Origin: Pristiophorus japonicus | Lineage: Eukaryota | DNA length: 64,000 nucleotides | NCBI RefSeq assembly: GCF_044704955.1 | Contig: NC_091990.1 | Coordinates: forward strand, 187,302,001-187,366,000 | Reading direction: 5' to 3' | Part shown: positions 26,274 to 38,100 of the stretch, one piece after another | How the letters are laid out: every line of letters starts with the position of its first letter | How positions within the stretch are numbered: position 1 is the first letter of the stretch | Position numbers and translations under genes: made by a program | The notes under the pieces: generated by a model | The model's database searches: none | Told to the model about the DNA's origin: nothing | The model's input: only the letters and a program-made list of their open reading frames with translations

Positions 26274-26889
26274 CAATGTGAAATTTGATCAGATTATGAT
26301 CACGCTTCCCCTTTACTATGGGATTTCTAATTAACCCTGTCTCTTCACACAATACAAGATCTAAAATAGCCTATTCCTTGATTGGTTCCATGATGTATTG
26401 TTCTAGGAAAATGTCTCGAATGCTTTCCATGAACTCGACTTCCAGACTACTTTTGAATATTTTGAGGGGTGCCTTACTCAGCTTAGTATGTTCAAACATT
26501 CAATAATTTTGTAATAAAAATCAGTAACACGTACTAAGTTATTGATGTGCTTTATATGTATAATTTGTTAGAAATAAGTTGTGGGTAAACAAATAATTAT
26601 TTTACTCATCCAGAAACAGTTGCAATAAAACCGCAAAATGAGGAATGAGTTCCATTTGATGGCATAGTTGGTCAAGGATGCTGTTATAAATTGGATTAGA
26701 CAATGATATAGTGTAGAACTTTCAATAGGAGTGGGGTGAAGTTTATTTTTTGAATTCTTTTCTTTCAAATGAGAAGTTTTGTAATTATATAATCATGCAG
26801 TTGAATAAATAATCAGCTGTGCCAAGACTGCAAAAAGTTAAAAGAAATGTTATTACTAGTTCAATTTAAATATTAACAGCATAATTCAC

Positions 26890-27019
26890 CCCCACCTCTT
26901 GCTTGATTGTGCCACGGTAATAGAATCCATCAGACTCCCGCCTTGCTAAGACAGAGGTTCCAGAAATCAATTGACTTGATCCAAAAGGTCCCTTCCATGG
27001 GTCAGCATATTCGCAGATA
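26890..27019 (-). CDS. C11orf16: C11orf16 orthologue coding exon 4 (start of DUF4537-like region)
   Basis: VLARRESDGFYYRGTIK motif; tttctcaatag acceptor; GGG|gtgaat donor (alternative in-frame donor after 26896). Confidence 0.88.
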
Positions 27020-27861
27020 CTATTGAGAAAGATGTCAGTGCACAGCTCCAGCTTCATTTTGATCAATGCAAACAGTGGTTAAAGTATGCTTTGGGGAGAG
27101 CAGGAATTGGAAAATAAGCATGAATTCAATGCTTTATGTACAAAGTTTTTCTGTGTGATGATAGAGATAGAAAGCAAAGACACAGTCACATAACGAGTTG
27201 GGAGAGGACATCAGATGCAATTTGCAGTGAGGGAGGGGAATATAATGTATGACAAAAAAATTAGGGGCATCTATGGTAGAAAGCATTGATAATTCATTAG
27301 TTCCAATAAGAAAGGTTACATTCTTTAATATATTTCCTAATTATTTTTTTGATAAAAGCAAATTATCATAGAGCCATTTGACATCATCCAAAGCTATGTA
27401 GTTGCAGTCCAATTCAGAATTTCAGTGAATCCAGAAAAAAATTGTCCTTATAAAGGTAAAATAAGTCTTAGTAGTGTATGATCAATAAAATAATGGGCTA
27501 AGCAAGTCCCCTTAGCCTCCAAAAAATCCCGCCAACAAAACATGCTTAGCAACTGAAGTCCCATTATTAAAGTCAAACACAAAATCTTTTCCCTAATGTT
27601 GTGTTGTCTTGTAAATTGAACTATTCCAATACTGACATTAAATTGACAAGATACTCCACTAATTGCATCACTAGTGGGCTAGTCCACTAAAAACAATGGA
27701 TTATAGTCACACTACTTTTTAATGAAGAGCCAATTATTTGATTACATCAGTTATCCAGCTTGAGACATATTTTAATAATATAAGCTTGAAATACTTAAGC
27801 AATTTAAAACACTGTGCTCTGGTTTCTAATGTGACATGCAGCACTACAAATTAAGGAAATG

Positions 27862-27989
27862 CAAAAGCAAAATGCTGCGGATGCTGGAATTTAGAATAAA
27901 AACAGAAAATGCTGGAAATCTCAGCAGGTCAGGCAGCATCTGTGGAGAGGAAGCAGAGTTAATGTTTCGAGTCTATGACCCTTCATCAT
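27862..27989 (-). mobile_element. Short Penelope-like repeat with hammerhead-core relic
   Basis: Perfect 14-bp TSD AAATTAAGGAAATG (27848-61, 27990-28003); minus strand starts ATGATGAAGGGTCATAGACTCGAAACATTAAC. Confidence 0.7.
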
Positions 27990-28087
27990 AAATTAAGGAA
28001 ATGACTAGTTTAGTAAGTTCTAAGATAATGATACGAGTACCGAAATTTCTTTTATCAAGAAAATGAACAGAGAAGGAAGAGACTAAC

Positions 28088-28269
28088 CCAGCAGTAACCA
28101 GTGGACTGTACACACTGACCGGCTGCATGTGAAAAGTTTTTGGGTCAGAACCTTCTGCCCATGAGCCAATGTAAGCGTTGTTGTCCAGTGCTGTTTTTAC
28201 ACTGCAGTATTTCAGATCAGAATACAGGGGCCCAGAGGTTGAGAGGTCTGCAGGGTAAACAGGAATCAC
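28088..28269 (-). CDS. C11orf16: C11orf16 orthologue coding exon 3
   Basis: ttgttacctag acceptor; GG|gttagt donor gives the phase 2 needed by the next exon; VIPVYP...KYCSV. Confidence 0.7.
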
Positions 28270-28999
28270 CTAGGTAACAATGAACAAATGATTAGATTCT
28301 TCCACAATGTGAGGCATTTTCTTGCTAATATGTAGCAAACATTCCGAGAAAACAAATGGACCCAATCAAATAATGTGCCATTTGTTATTTTTCTCTCTCA
28401 CATGTTCCTGGTTAAAGGGAACGTTTCATCTATTTAAAATGACAAACTTGGATACTCATTAGTACAAGCCCCTGTACTGCTTCTCTCAGTACACATTTTT
28501 AGTCTGAAGACACTTAGCTCGCAATATCTGCAGTCCCTTTTTCCAGGATTAGAGAAACTAGAGTTATTCTTCCTGACGACCCTGTTATTGAAAAGCTATC
28601 AGGTTTCTCGGCTTGTGACTTATGCTGTTCAAAGCGCTTGGTTCAATTATTGTGTTTCTATCTGCTATGGAGGCAGAATTTAGTAACCAGATAGTATCCC
28701 CACTCTGTAATGGCATCAAATTCCTGCTAATAATTGTGGGTCAGATGATGCTATTGAAAACTGCGACTGGAACCTTCATTCTGTGTCACTGGATAGTCAC
28801 CAGGCAATAGTAAGCAGGCATTAGACATGCTGTCACAGTCCTCGGTGATATCATACTGACATCGATTCATTATTGGATAATAGCAGCACAAATAAATAGC
28901 AGGAAAAAATCCACTGGAAAAACATGGAAATTTGAGGCATTTAATTAAATAACTAAATTTTCTTCCTGCAGTCTAAGCTTACAGATTCATAATTATTTT

Positions 29000-29537
29000 C
29001 AACAATAATTTATATAGCGCCTTTAACGTTAGTAAAACATCTCATGGCGCTTCACAGGAGTATTATGAGAGAAAAATTTGACACCGAGCTGCATAAGGAA
29101 AATTAGGGCAGGAAGCTTGGTCAAGGAGGTAGGGTTTAAGGAGCGTCTTGAAGGAGGAAAGAAATGTAGAGAGACGGAAAGGTTTAGGCTTAGAATTCCA
29201 GAGCTTGGGGCCTAGGCAACAGAAGGCACGGCCACCAATGGTTGAGCGATTATAATCGGGTGCTCAAGGGGGCAGAATTAGAGGTGCGCAGACATCTGAG
29301 GGGGCGGGGGGTTGTGGACCTGGAGGAGATTACAGAGACAGGGAGGGGTGAGGCTATGGAGGGATTTGAAAACAAGGATGAGAATTTTGAAATCGAGGCA
29401 TTGCTTAACTGGGAGCCAACGTAGGTCAGTGAGCACAGGGGTGATGGGTGAGCATGACTTGGTGCAAGTTAGAACATGGCAGCCGAGTTTTGGATCACCT
29501 CTAGTTTATGTAGGGTATAATGCGGGGGGCCAACCAG
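29000..29537 (-). mobile_element. L2 3' fragment
   Basis: Antisense L2 tail and ORF2 C-terminus, homologous to 24212-24665. Confidence 0.85.
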
Positions 29538-29956
29538 GAAACATAGAAACATAGAAAATAGGTGCAGGAGTAGGCCATTCGGCCTTCGAGCCTGCACCAC
29601 CATTCAATAAGATCATGACTGATCATTCACCTCATTACCCCTTTCCTGCTTTTTCTCCATACCTTTGATCCCTTTAGCCATAGGGGCCATATCTAACTCC
29701 CTCTTGAATATATCCAATGAATTGCCATCAACAACTCTCTGCTGTAGAGAATTCCACGGGTTCACAACTCTCTGAGTGAAGAGGTTTCTCCTCATCTCAG
29801 TTCTAAATGGCTTAACCCTTACCCTTAGACTGTGTAGCCTGGTTCTGGACTTCCCCAACATCGGGACCATTCTTCCTGCATCTAACCTGTCCAGTCCCGC
29901 CAGAATTTTATATGTTTCTATGATCCTCTCATCCTTCATCCTTCTAAACTCCAGTG
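29538..29956 (-). mobile_element. CR1 3' fragment, (TTTCTATG)n subfamily
   Basis: IETYKIL.GLDRLDAGRM...RVVN.WNSL; (catagaaa)n tail. Confidence 0.88.
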
Positions 29957-29959
29957 AAG

Positions 29960-31215
29960 GAGGATCTTTGAGGATTTCTTTGAGGGCGGATAAGGGGGAA
30001 TCAGTGGATGTGGCATATTTGGATTTCCAGAAGGCATTCAATAAGGTGCCACATAAAAGGTTACTGCACAAGATAAACATTCACGGGGTTGGGGGTAATA
30101 TATTAGCATGGATAGAGGATTGGCTAACAAACAGAAAACAGAGAGTCGGGATAAATGGGTAATTTTCCGGTTGGCAAACAGTGACTAGTGGGATGCCGCA
30201 GGGATCAGTGCTGGGTCCTCAACTATTTACAATCTATTAATGACTTGGATGAAGGGACCGAGTGTAATGTAGCCAAATTTGCTGATGATACAAAGATGGG
30301 TGGGAAAGCAAATTGTGAGGAGAACACAAAAAATCTGCAAAGGGATGTAGACAGGCTAAGTGAGTGAGCAAAAATTTGGCAGATAGAGTATAATGTGAAA
30401 TGTGAGGTTATCCACTTTGGCAGAAAAAATAGAAAAGCAAATTATAATTTAAATGGAAAAAAATTGCTAAGTGCTGCAGAACAAAGGGACCTGGGGATCC
30501 TTGTGTATGAAACACACAAACTTGGTATGCAGGTACAGCAAATAATCAGCAAGACAAATGGAATGTTTGCCTTTATTTCAAGGGGGATGGAGTATAAAAG
30601 CAGAGAAGTCCTGCTACAACTGTACAGGGTATTGGTGAGGCCACACCTAGAGTACTGCGTGCAGTTTTGGTCTCCATATTTAAGGAGGGATATACTTGCA
30701 TTGGAGGCCGCTCAGAGAAGGTTCACTAGGTTGATTCCAGAGATGAGGGGGTTGACTTATGAAGATAGGTTGAGTAGGTTGAGCCTACTGAATTACAGTT
30801 CAGAAGAATAAGAGGTGCTCTTATCGAAACATAAAGCTAATGAGGGGGCTCGACAAGGTGGATGCAGAGAGGATACTTCTGCTCATAGGGGAAACTAAAA
30901 CTAGGGGACTTAGTCTCAGAATAAGGGGCCGCCCAGTTAAAACTGAGATGAGGAAGAATTTCTTCTCTCAGAGGGTTGTATATCTATGGAATTCCCTGCC
31001 CCAGAGAGCTGTGGAAGCTGAGCCATTGAATATATTTAAGGTGGAGATAGACAGATTTTTGAGCGATAAGGGAATAAAGGGTTATGGGGAGCGGGCAGGG
31101 AAGTGGAGCTGAGTCCATGATCAGATCAGCCATGATCTTATTAAATGGCGGAACAGGCTCAAGAGGTCAGGTGGCTTACTCCTGCTCCTATTTCTTATGT
31201 TCTTAGGTTCTTATG
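29960..31215 (+). mobile_element. CR1 3' portion, (TTCTTATG)n subfamily
   Basis: [33 protein letters not shown]; tail ttcttatgttcttaggttcttatg. Confidence 0.9.
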
Positions 31216-31644
31216 AATAGTCAAGTCTAGAGGTAACAAAGCCACAAAATATTCCAATTTACCACCACCTCTTCAATCATTCATTCAACAATTCAATCGA
31301 TGTTCACTGAACAGTGTAATGAGACTGTGAAAGGGGTGATAAGGAGAAGTCACGAATTCCGAAAATTTAAAACAAAAAAAGTGGCTATGCACTGCACTGC
31401 AATCAGTTACTTTTACCCCTCTTTCAAAAGGAGCGCTTTCGTTTGATTTTTGGCATTGATGACATTGGGGCATCGTACTGCCCCCTACGGCTTGTAAAGA
31501 AACAGCATCTGAAAGGGAGGATAGATGAAAGTTTGGGATGCGGTACTTCATCGCCTCTGTGACAGTCTTTGCCTTTCAGAAGATGATTGGCCTGCTGTGC
31601 TTTTCCATAATTTTCTGCAAAATTTCCCTAATTTTCTGCACAAT

Positions 31645-31886
31645 TTTCTTCTTCACTCAGAGAATTGTTAACCTGTGGAATTCCCTGCCGCAGAGAGTTG
31701 TTGTGGCCAGTTCGTTAGATATATTCAAAAGGGAGTTAGATGTGGCCCTTATGGCTAAAGGGATCAAGAGGTATGGAGAGAAAGCAGGAATGGGTACTGA
31801 AGTTGCATGATCAGCCAGGATCATATTGAATGGTGGTGCAGGCTCGAAGGGCCGAATGGCCTACTCCTGCACCTATTTTCTATGTT
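31645..31886 (+). mobile_element. CR1 3' tail fragment ending 24 nt from a C11orf16 splice donor
   Basis: FFTQRIVNLWNSLP and CR1 3' UTR. Confidence 0.85.
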
Positions 31887-31909
31887 GCCCATTTTTTCTC
31901 GCAAGTTAC

Positions 31910-32269
31910 CTGTTTGATATCTCCACAGGTGTCGAGTCTAATGAGATGAGCACTGCCGCGAGTCAGTCTGCCAAGTCCCTGCAGGAACTCTCGACTTTCA
32001 CTGTCGATCCATTTACCTGACAAGTAGAACGTGTGTATTGGACGGCTGCGGGATATATAAGGTATCACGTGGAAAATGTCCTTTAATGTATTGTCGGGCA
32101 GGCCGTTTGTCACCAGGTAGATAGCCTGACATACTGGGTCATCGAATGCAGCTGTTAATGCACCAAGCAGATCCCTGCCCAGCGTACAGGTGAGCGATTG
32201 AATCCACTGCATTGCACTAGAGACAGTCTGGGGGGAGCAGGTTACTATCCGGTCACACCATTTGGTTAC
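31910..32269 (-). CDS. C11orf16: C11orf16 orthologue coding exon 2 (VWA domain C-half)
   Basis: 360 nt, phase 0-0; KW....V.CSP...AMQWIQSL, LLGALTAAFDD, AIYLVTNGLPD, PIHTFY, FLQGLGRLTRG pattern of VWA3-type domains. Confidence 0.85.
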
Positions 32270-32600
32270 CTGCGTGAAGGAAGGATGCAATGGATGTTTA
32301 ACAGTGTAGCTATGTATCGGAATACAGATTAGAAAACAAATAATTTACACTCGTTATTCAAGGCGTAATAATTATGATAATTTAGCAGAACTAATATATA
32401 ATCAATATATAATATGGACCCAAAACATACATCATAAGCGAGTATAATACATATATAAACTCTTATTATGACTTTAGTTAATAAATCTAACTAACGCTAC
32501 ACGACATAATTAAATGACCTTTATTTACTTTTGAACTAGTCTCTTTTTGCTAAAGTGTATAAATTATACCTTTAACCTTCTTAGTACAAGTAGACTATAC

Positions 32601-32810
32601 CTTATTGGAAAACTCCACAATGTTAAAGCGACTGTGGTTAGTATTGTAAGCCTGGGCCAGAAGTGTTTCCATGAGGTGATACTTGACTGTAGTGAGGTTG
32701 GCTTGCATGCTTTCTGAGGTGTCAACAACAAAGGTAACATTCGTGTCCCTTATATCGCCAAACAATGTGGGAAATCCCTGGAACTGTGGAATGGGGTAAA
32801 CCACTGGCAT
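32601..32810 (-). CDS. C11orf16: C11orf16 orthologue coding exon 1 (VWA N-half); exon acceptor at 32842
   Basis: ACAACCATG start context; LFGDI...VTFVVDTSESM (DxSxS), FNIVEFS; AAG|gtatag donor. Confidence 0.8.
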
Positions 32811-33265
32811 GGTTGTAGCTCCCGAGGATCCAAGTACTTCCCTAAAAATACAAACACGCTCGGGTAAGCACAAACAACAAATATTTGCAGCGAAGAGTTG
32901 TTTGAAGATCATCCAATATTAGCGAAATAGTTTGAAAGGCTTCGAGAAGATATTCAAACATTTAAAAAAAAACGATTTCTCCTTTTAGTGGCCAATGTTA
33001 GCCTCATGAGACCGTTTCACCAGAACTGGAAGTAGTTCTCAGACAAACTTTACCAAGGTCAGATCGGTGGAGCCAGTGGGAATATATAAAACACACTGGT
33101 AACTGCCGGCTGATTTGGGGCTGAGTGTTTTATTGAACTGTTTTTTCTTACACCTCGCCTTAAAAATACTAAATTCAAACATTGCACGGAAGTGTGTTCT
33201 GCAGTCAAGGGGCTGGTAGTGGCCCGGATCAGGTGTGTCTGTCCTCCGTGCGGATCACTACTTAC

Positions 33266-33435
33266 CGGGAACTGCTTGGTTTCTGTTGCAAGACCCCACT
33301 TGAGACGGGAGCCTGTGCTGCGAACTCCGGTTGCTATGTTCCAAACTGTGTTGCTAGGCTCCAAACCGTGTTGCTAGGTTCCCTGCACCGTGTTGCTATG
33401 ACGCAGTGAGTGTACTGTGGGAGTTGTAGTTCTTT
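33266..33435 (-). promoter_or_regulatory. Candidate C11orf16 promoter and non-coding first exon
   Basis: Strong donor CCG|gtaagt after 33266; four GTTGCTA(T/G)G RFX half-sites at 33330, 33350, 33370 and 33392; ZNF143-type GAACTACAACTCCCA at 33432-33418; CpG-rich. Confidence 0.65.
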
Positions 33436-33524
33436 TCCCGCAGATGCAGAAAGAGCTGCGAGAAATTGTCCACATCAGTGCAAAACTTTACGCAAACCCT
33501 GCCTTCCGACCGCAGGGACTGGAG

Positions 33525-33915
33525 TGTGTACTGGATAACGGCATCGAAGCACTGACCACACTCGACCAGCTCCGCTGGGCAGGGCCACATTGACCGCCTG
33601 CCCGACAGGGGACTCCCAAAGCAAGCGCTCTACTTGGAACTCCTACACGGCAAGCGAGCCCCAGGTGGGCAGAGAAAATGCTTCAAGGACACCCTCAAAG
33701 CCTCCTTGATCAAATGCAACATCCCCACCGACACCTGGGAATCCCTGGCAAAAAAACACCCTAAGTGGAGGAAGAGCATCCGGGAGGGCACTGAGCACCT
33801 CGAGTCTCGTTGCCGAGAGCATGCAGAAAACAAGCACAGGCAGCGGAAGGAGCGTGCAGCAAACCAGACTCCCCGCCCACTTTACTACTCTCTGTCACAG
33901 GTGGGAGAGACAACC
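33525..33915 (+). mobile_element. RTE-clade LINE 3' fragment
   Basis: QLRWAGH, GKRAPGGQRK.FKDTLKASL motifs. Confidence 0.85.
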
Positions 33916-33917
33916 AT

Positions 33918-36900
33918 TAATGAGGATGGGTACAGCATCAAACAAGAAATTCGGGATGCGTGCAATAAAGGTACAGCAGTTATCATGGGTGACTTTAATC
34001 TACATATTGACTGGGCTAACCAAACTGGTAGCAATGCGGTGGAGGAGGATTTCCTGGAGTGTATTAGGGATGGTTTTCTAGACCAATATGTCGAGGAATC
34101 AACTAGAGGGCTGGCCATCCTAGACTGGGTGATGTGTAATGAGAAAGGACTAATGAGCAATCTTGTTGAGCGAGGCCCCTTGGGGAAGAGTGACCATAAT
34201 ATGATAGAATTCTTTATTAAGATGAAGAGTGACACAGTTAATTCAGAGACTAGGGTCCTGAACTTGGGGAAAGGTAACTTCGATGGTATGAGACGTGAAT
34301 TGGCTAGAATAGACTGGCAAATGATACTTAAAGGGTTGACGGTGGATAGGCAATGGCAAACGTTTAAAGATCACATGGATGAACTTCAACAATTGTAAAA
34401 CTGGGAAGGTGGCTCAACTGTGGCTAACAAGGGAAATTAAGGATAGTGTTAAATCCAAGGAAGAGGCATATAAATTGGCCAGAAAAAGCAGCAAACCTAA
34501 GGAATGAGAGAATTTTGTAATACAGCAGAGGAGGACAAAGGGTTTAATTAGGAGGGGGCAAATAGAGAATGTGAGGAAGCTTGTTGGGAACATAAAAACT
34601 GACTGCAAAAGCTTGTATAGGTATGTGAAGACAAAAAGATTAATGAAAACAAACGTAGGTCCCTTGCAGTCAGATTCAGGTGAATTTATAATGGGGAACA
34701 AAGAAATGGTGGACCAGTTAAACAAATAATTTGGTTCTGTTTTCACGAAGGAAGACACAAATAACCTTCCGGAAATATTAGCGGACCGACAGTCTAGTGA
34801 GAAGGAGGAACTGAAGGATATCCTTATAAAGCGGGAAATTGTGTTCGGGAAATTGATGGGATTGAAGGCCGATAAATCCTCGGGGCCTGATAGTCTGCAT
34901 CTGTGGAAATGTATTTTTATCTAAGCTGATACCATACAGTATTTGTGTGCCCTTTGCCATATATATATAACAAAATGGAGTCCTGGCCCTTCCAGAACTT
35001 TCTGCATTTTAGCAGTCAGCTTGCATAAACAGCTAAACCTGGTTTGAGATGGCTGATGGCCAACAGACAGCTAGGAGACAAGTCATGCTGAGACAAGTAC
35101 CCCCCCCCCATGGTGCTCTCCTATTGTCTACACGACAAGAGTTCCATGTCACCCCACCCTTATCTTCTAGACTCAAACCACCAGCCATTAGCTCTTGTAG
35201 AGACCTCATCCATTTGATGCAAACAGATAAACTGACCAGGAAATTGAACAATCCTGACACAATACAAGACAGGTGATAGCCCATTACCTCATTCTCATGG
35301 AGTAATGGCCGGCTGGCCAACTGATAACCCTGACAAAAGGAAATATCTGTAAACCATGTCAGGACCAGGATATAGTAATTAACTCTTTATCTGTATTCAC
35401 TGACTGTGAGACAGAGCAATACACAGGGAGAGGCCATAACTTGGCTTTTACTGTATAAATATCTTGTGAAACTGTACCATTGCGGAGGTGTTCACTTAGC
35501 CCTTGACTGAGTGTGACCTACCCCTTGCTAGCAAGCGAATTAAAGAAACTTCTGCCGGAGCTGTAAGTGTCGGAGTCATTCTTTTTGGAGGTCGAGATTT
35601 CGACACATCCCAGAGTACTTAAGGAAGTGGCCCTAGAAATAGTGGATGCATTGGTGATCATTTTCCAACAGACTATCGACTCTGGATCAGTTCCTATGGA
35701 CTGGAGGGTAGCTAATGTAACATCACTGTTTAAAAAAGGAGGGAGAGAGAAAACAGATAATTATAGACCGGTTAGCCTGACATCAGTAGTGGGGAAAATG
35801 TTGGAATCAATTATTAAAGATGAAATTGCAGCGCATTTGGAAAGCAGTGACAGGATCGGTCCAAGTCAGCATGGATTTATGAAAGGGAAATCATGCTTGA
35901 CAAATCTTCTGGAATGTTTTGAGGACGTAACTAGTAGAGTGGACAAGGGAGAACCTGTGGATGTGGTGTATTTAGACTTTCAAAAGGCTTTTGACAAGGT
36001 CCCACACAAGAGATTGGTGTGCAAAATCAAAGCACATGGTATTGGGGTTAATGTACTGACGTGGATAGAGAACTGGTTGGCAGACAGGAAGCAGAGAGTC
36101 GGGATAAACGGGTCCTTTTCAGAATGGCAGGCAGTGACTACTGGAGTTCCACAGAGCTCAGTGCTGGGACCCCAGCTCTTTACAATATACATTAATGATT
36201 TAGATGAAGGAATTGAGTGTAATATCTTCAAGTTTGCAAACTGGGTGGTGATGTGAGCTGTGAGGAGGATGCTGAAAGGTTGCAGGGTGACTTGGACAGG
36301 TTAGTTGAGTGGGCCAATGCATGGCAGATGCAGTATAATGTGGATAAATGTGAGGTTATCCACTTTGGGGGCAAATACACAAAGGCAGAATATTATCTGA
36401 ATGGCGGCAGATTAGGAAAGGGGGAGGTGCAGCAAGACCTGGGTGTCATGGTTCATCAGTCATTGAAAGTTGGCATGCAGGTACAGCAGGCGTTGAAGAA
36501 GGCAAATGGTATGTTGGCCTTCATAGCGAGGGGATTTGAGTATAGGAGCAGGGAGGTCTTACTGCAGTTGTACAGGGCCTTGGTGAGGCCTCACCTGGAA
36601 TATTGTGTTCAGTTTTGGTCTCCTAATCTGAGGAAGGACGTTCTTGCTATTGAGGGAGTGCAGCGAAGGTTCACCAGACTGATTCCTGGGATGGCGGGAC
36701 TGACATATGAGGAGAGACTGGATCAACTGGGTCTTTATACACTGGAGTTTAGAAGGATGAGAGGGGATCTCATAGAAACTTGTAAGATTCTGATGGGACT
36801 GGACAGGTTAGATGCGGGAAGAATGTTCCCGATGATGGGGAAGTCCAGAACCAGGGGACACAGTCTTAGGATAAGTGGTAGGCCACGAGGAGAAACTTCT

Positions 36901-37147
36901 TCACTCAGAGAGTTGTTAACCTGTGGAATTCCCTACCGCAGAGAGATGTCGATGCCAGTTCATTGGATATATTCAAGAGGGAGTTAGATATGGCCCTTAC
37001 GGCTAAAGGGATCAAGGGGTATGGAGAGAAAGCAGGAAAGGGGTACTGAGGGAATGATCAGCCATGATCTTATTGAATGGTGGTGCAGGCTCGAAGGGCC
37101 GAATGGCCGCCTATTACACCTATTTTCTCTGTTTCTGTTTCTATGTT
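33918..37147 (+). mobile_element. 5'-truncated CR1 (endonuclease end to 3' tail), interrupted by a solo LTR
   Basis: IMGDFN and SDHN endonuclease motifs; RT ORFs 35567-36256 and 36253-36987; stops and frameshifts. Confidence 0.92.
34902..35605 (+). mobile_element. Solo LTR, 704 bp (Gypsy- or ERV-type)
   Basis: TGTGGAAAT...ATTTCGACA termini; 4-bp TSD CATC (34898-901, 35606-09); TATAAA about 35454 and ATTAAA about 35539. Confidence 0.85.
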
Positions 37148-38100
37148 CCTATTAATGACTTTACTGGGACTCCATTACTTTAAAACCCAGAATTGACAAA
37201 ACATAGTCACTGGATGGCGCCAAAATGCTGCATATAAAATTCTTCTCGCGCACAGAAAACACAACAATCCATTCTATACAAGCATTCCTATATATCACAG
37301 ATTCCCGCCAATAGTAGACTTGAGAAAGAATAACCAGGATACATAGTTTCATCTCAGTTTCATGCCTTTGTTACCTCTAGACTTGATAACTCCAACGCAT
37401 CCCTGATCCCCCTCCCACGTTCTACCCTCTGTAAACTTGAGCTCATCCAAAACTCTGCTGCCCGTGTCCGAACTCGCACAAAGTCCCGCTCACCCATTAC
37501 CCCTATGCTCAGTGACCTACATTGGCTCCCGGTTAAGCAACACCTTGATTTTAAAATTCTCATCCTTGTTTTCAAATCCCTCCATGGTCTTGCCCTTCCC
37601 TACGACTGGAATTTTCTGGGGGGTCAACGGGTAGCGGATCAGGTGGGAAATTTGATTTTTTTTGACAGCGGTGGGGAATCCGCTATCATCCTGCCACAAC
37701 ACACCTTTCCCGATGGTGTGCCTGTGATCTCGGATCGGATCCGACCCGCAGAGGAGGGCAACCCAATTAAAGCAACTATTGGCTTGCTGACAGACTCTTA
37801 ATAATAATTTTAACCTAACCTTTACACTTTAACTCCTTAAAAAATATCTCTTTGACCAAGCTTTTGGTCAGCTGCGCTAATTTCTACTGATGCAACGGTG
37901 TCAAATTTTTATCTCATGATACTCCTGTGAAGCGCCTTGGGATATTTCACTATGTTAAAGGTACTATATAAATAAAAGTTGTTGTTGTGTTGTTTAACTG
38001 CTCACCCATTGGGTCCACGTTGAATGGCCATTGAAACAACTAATTAGTTGACAGCTTGAAATGCACTATTAAAGCTCCCACCTCACAGCTGTTTACTTTC

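Noticed and set aside
28041-28087. Extending C11orf16 exon 3 to the G|gtactc donor at 28041
   Set aside because: Gives phase 1, incompatible with the phase-2 acceptor before 27019; the donor after 28088 fits
29538-31215. Head-to-head CR1 pieces as one twin-primed insertion
   Set aside because: Both pieces have their own 3' tails and belong to different subfamilies
33634-34398. 254-aa ORF as a novel fusion protein
   Set aside because: Chance in-frame junction of an RTE C-terminal fragment with a CR1 endonuclease fragment; non-ATG start and no splice support
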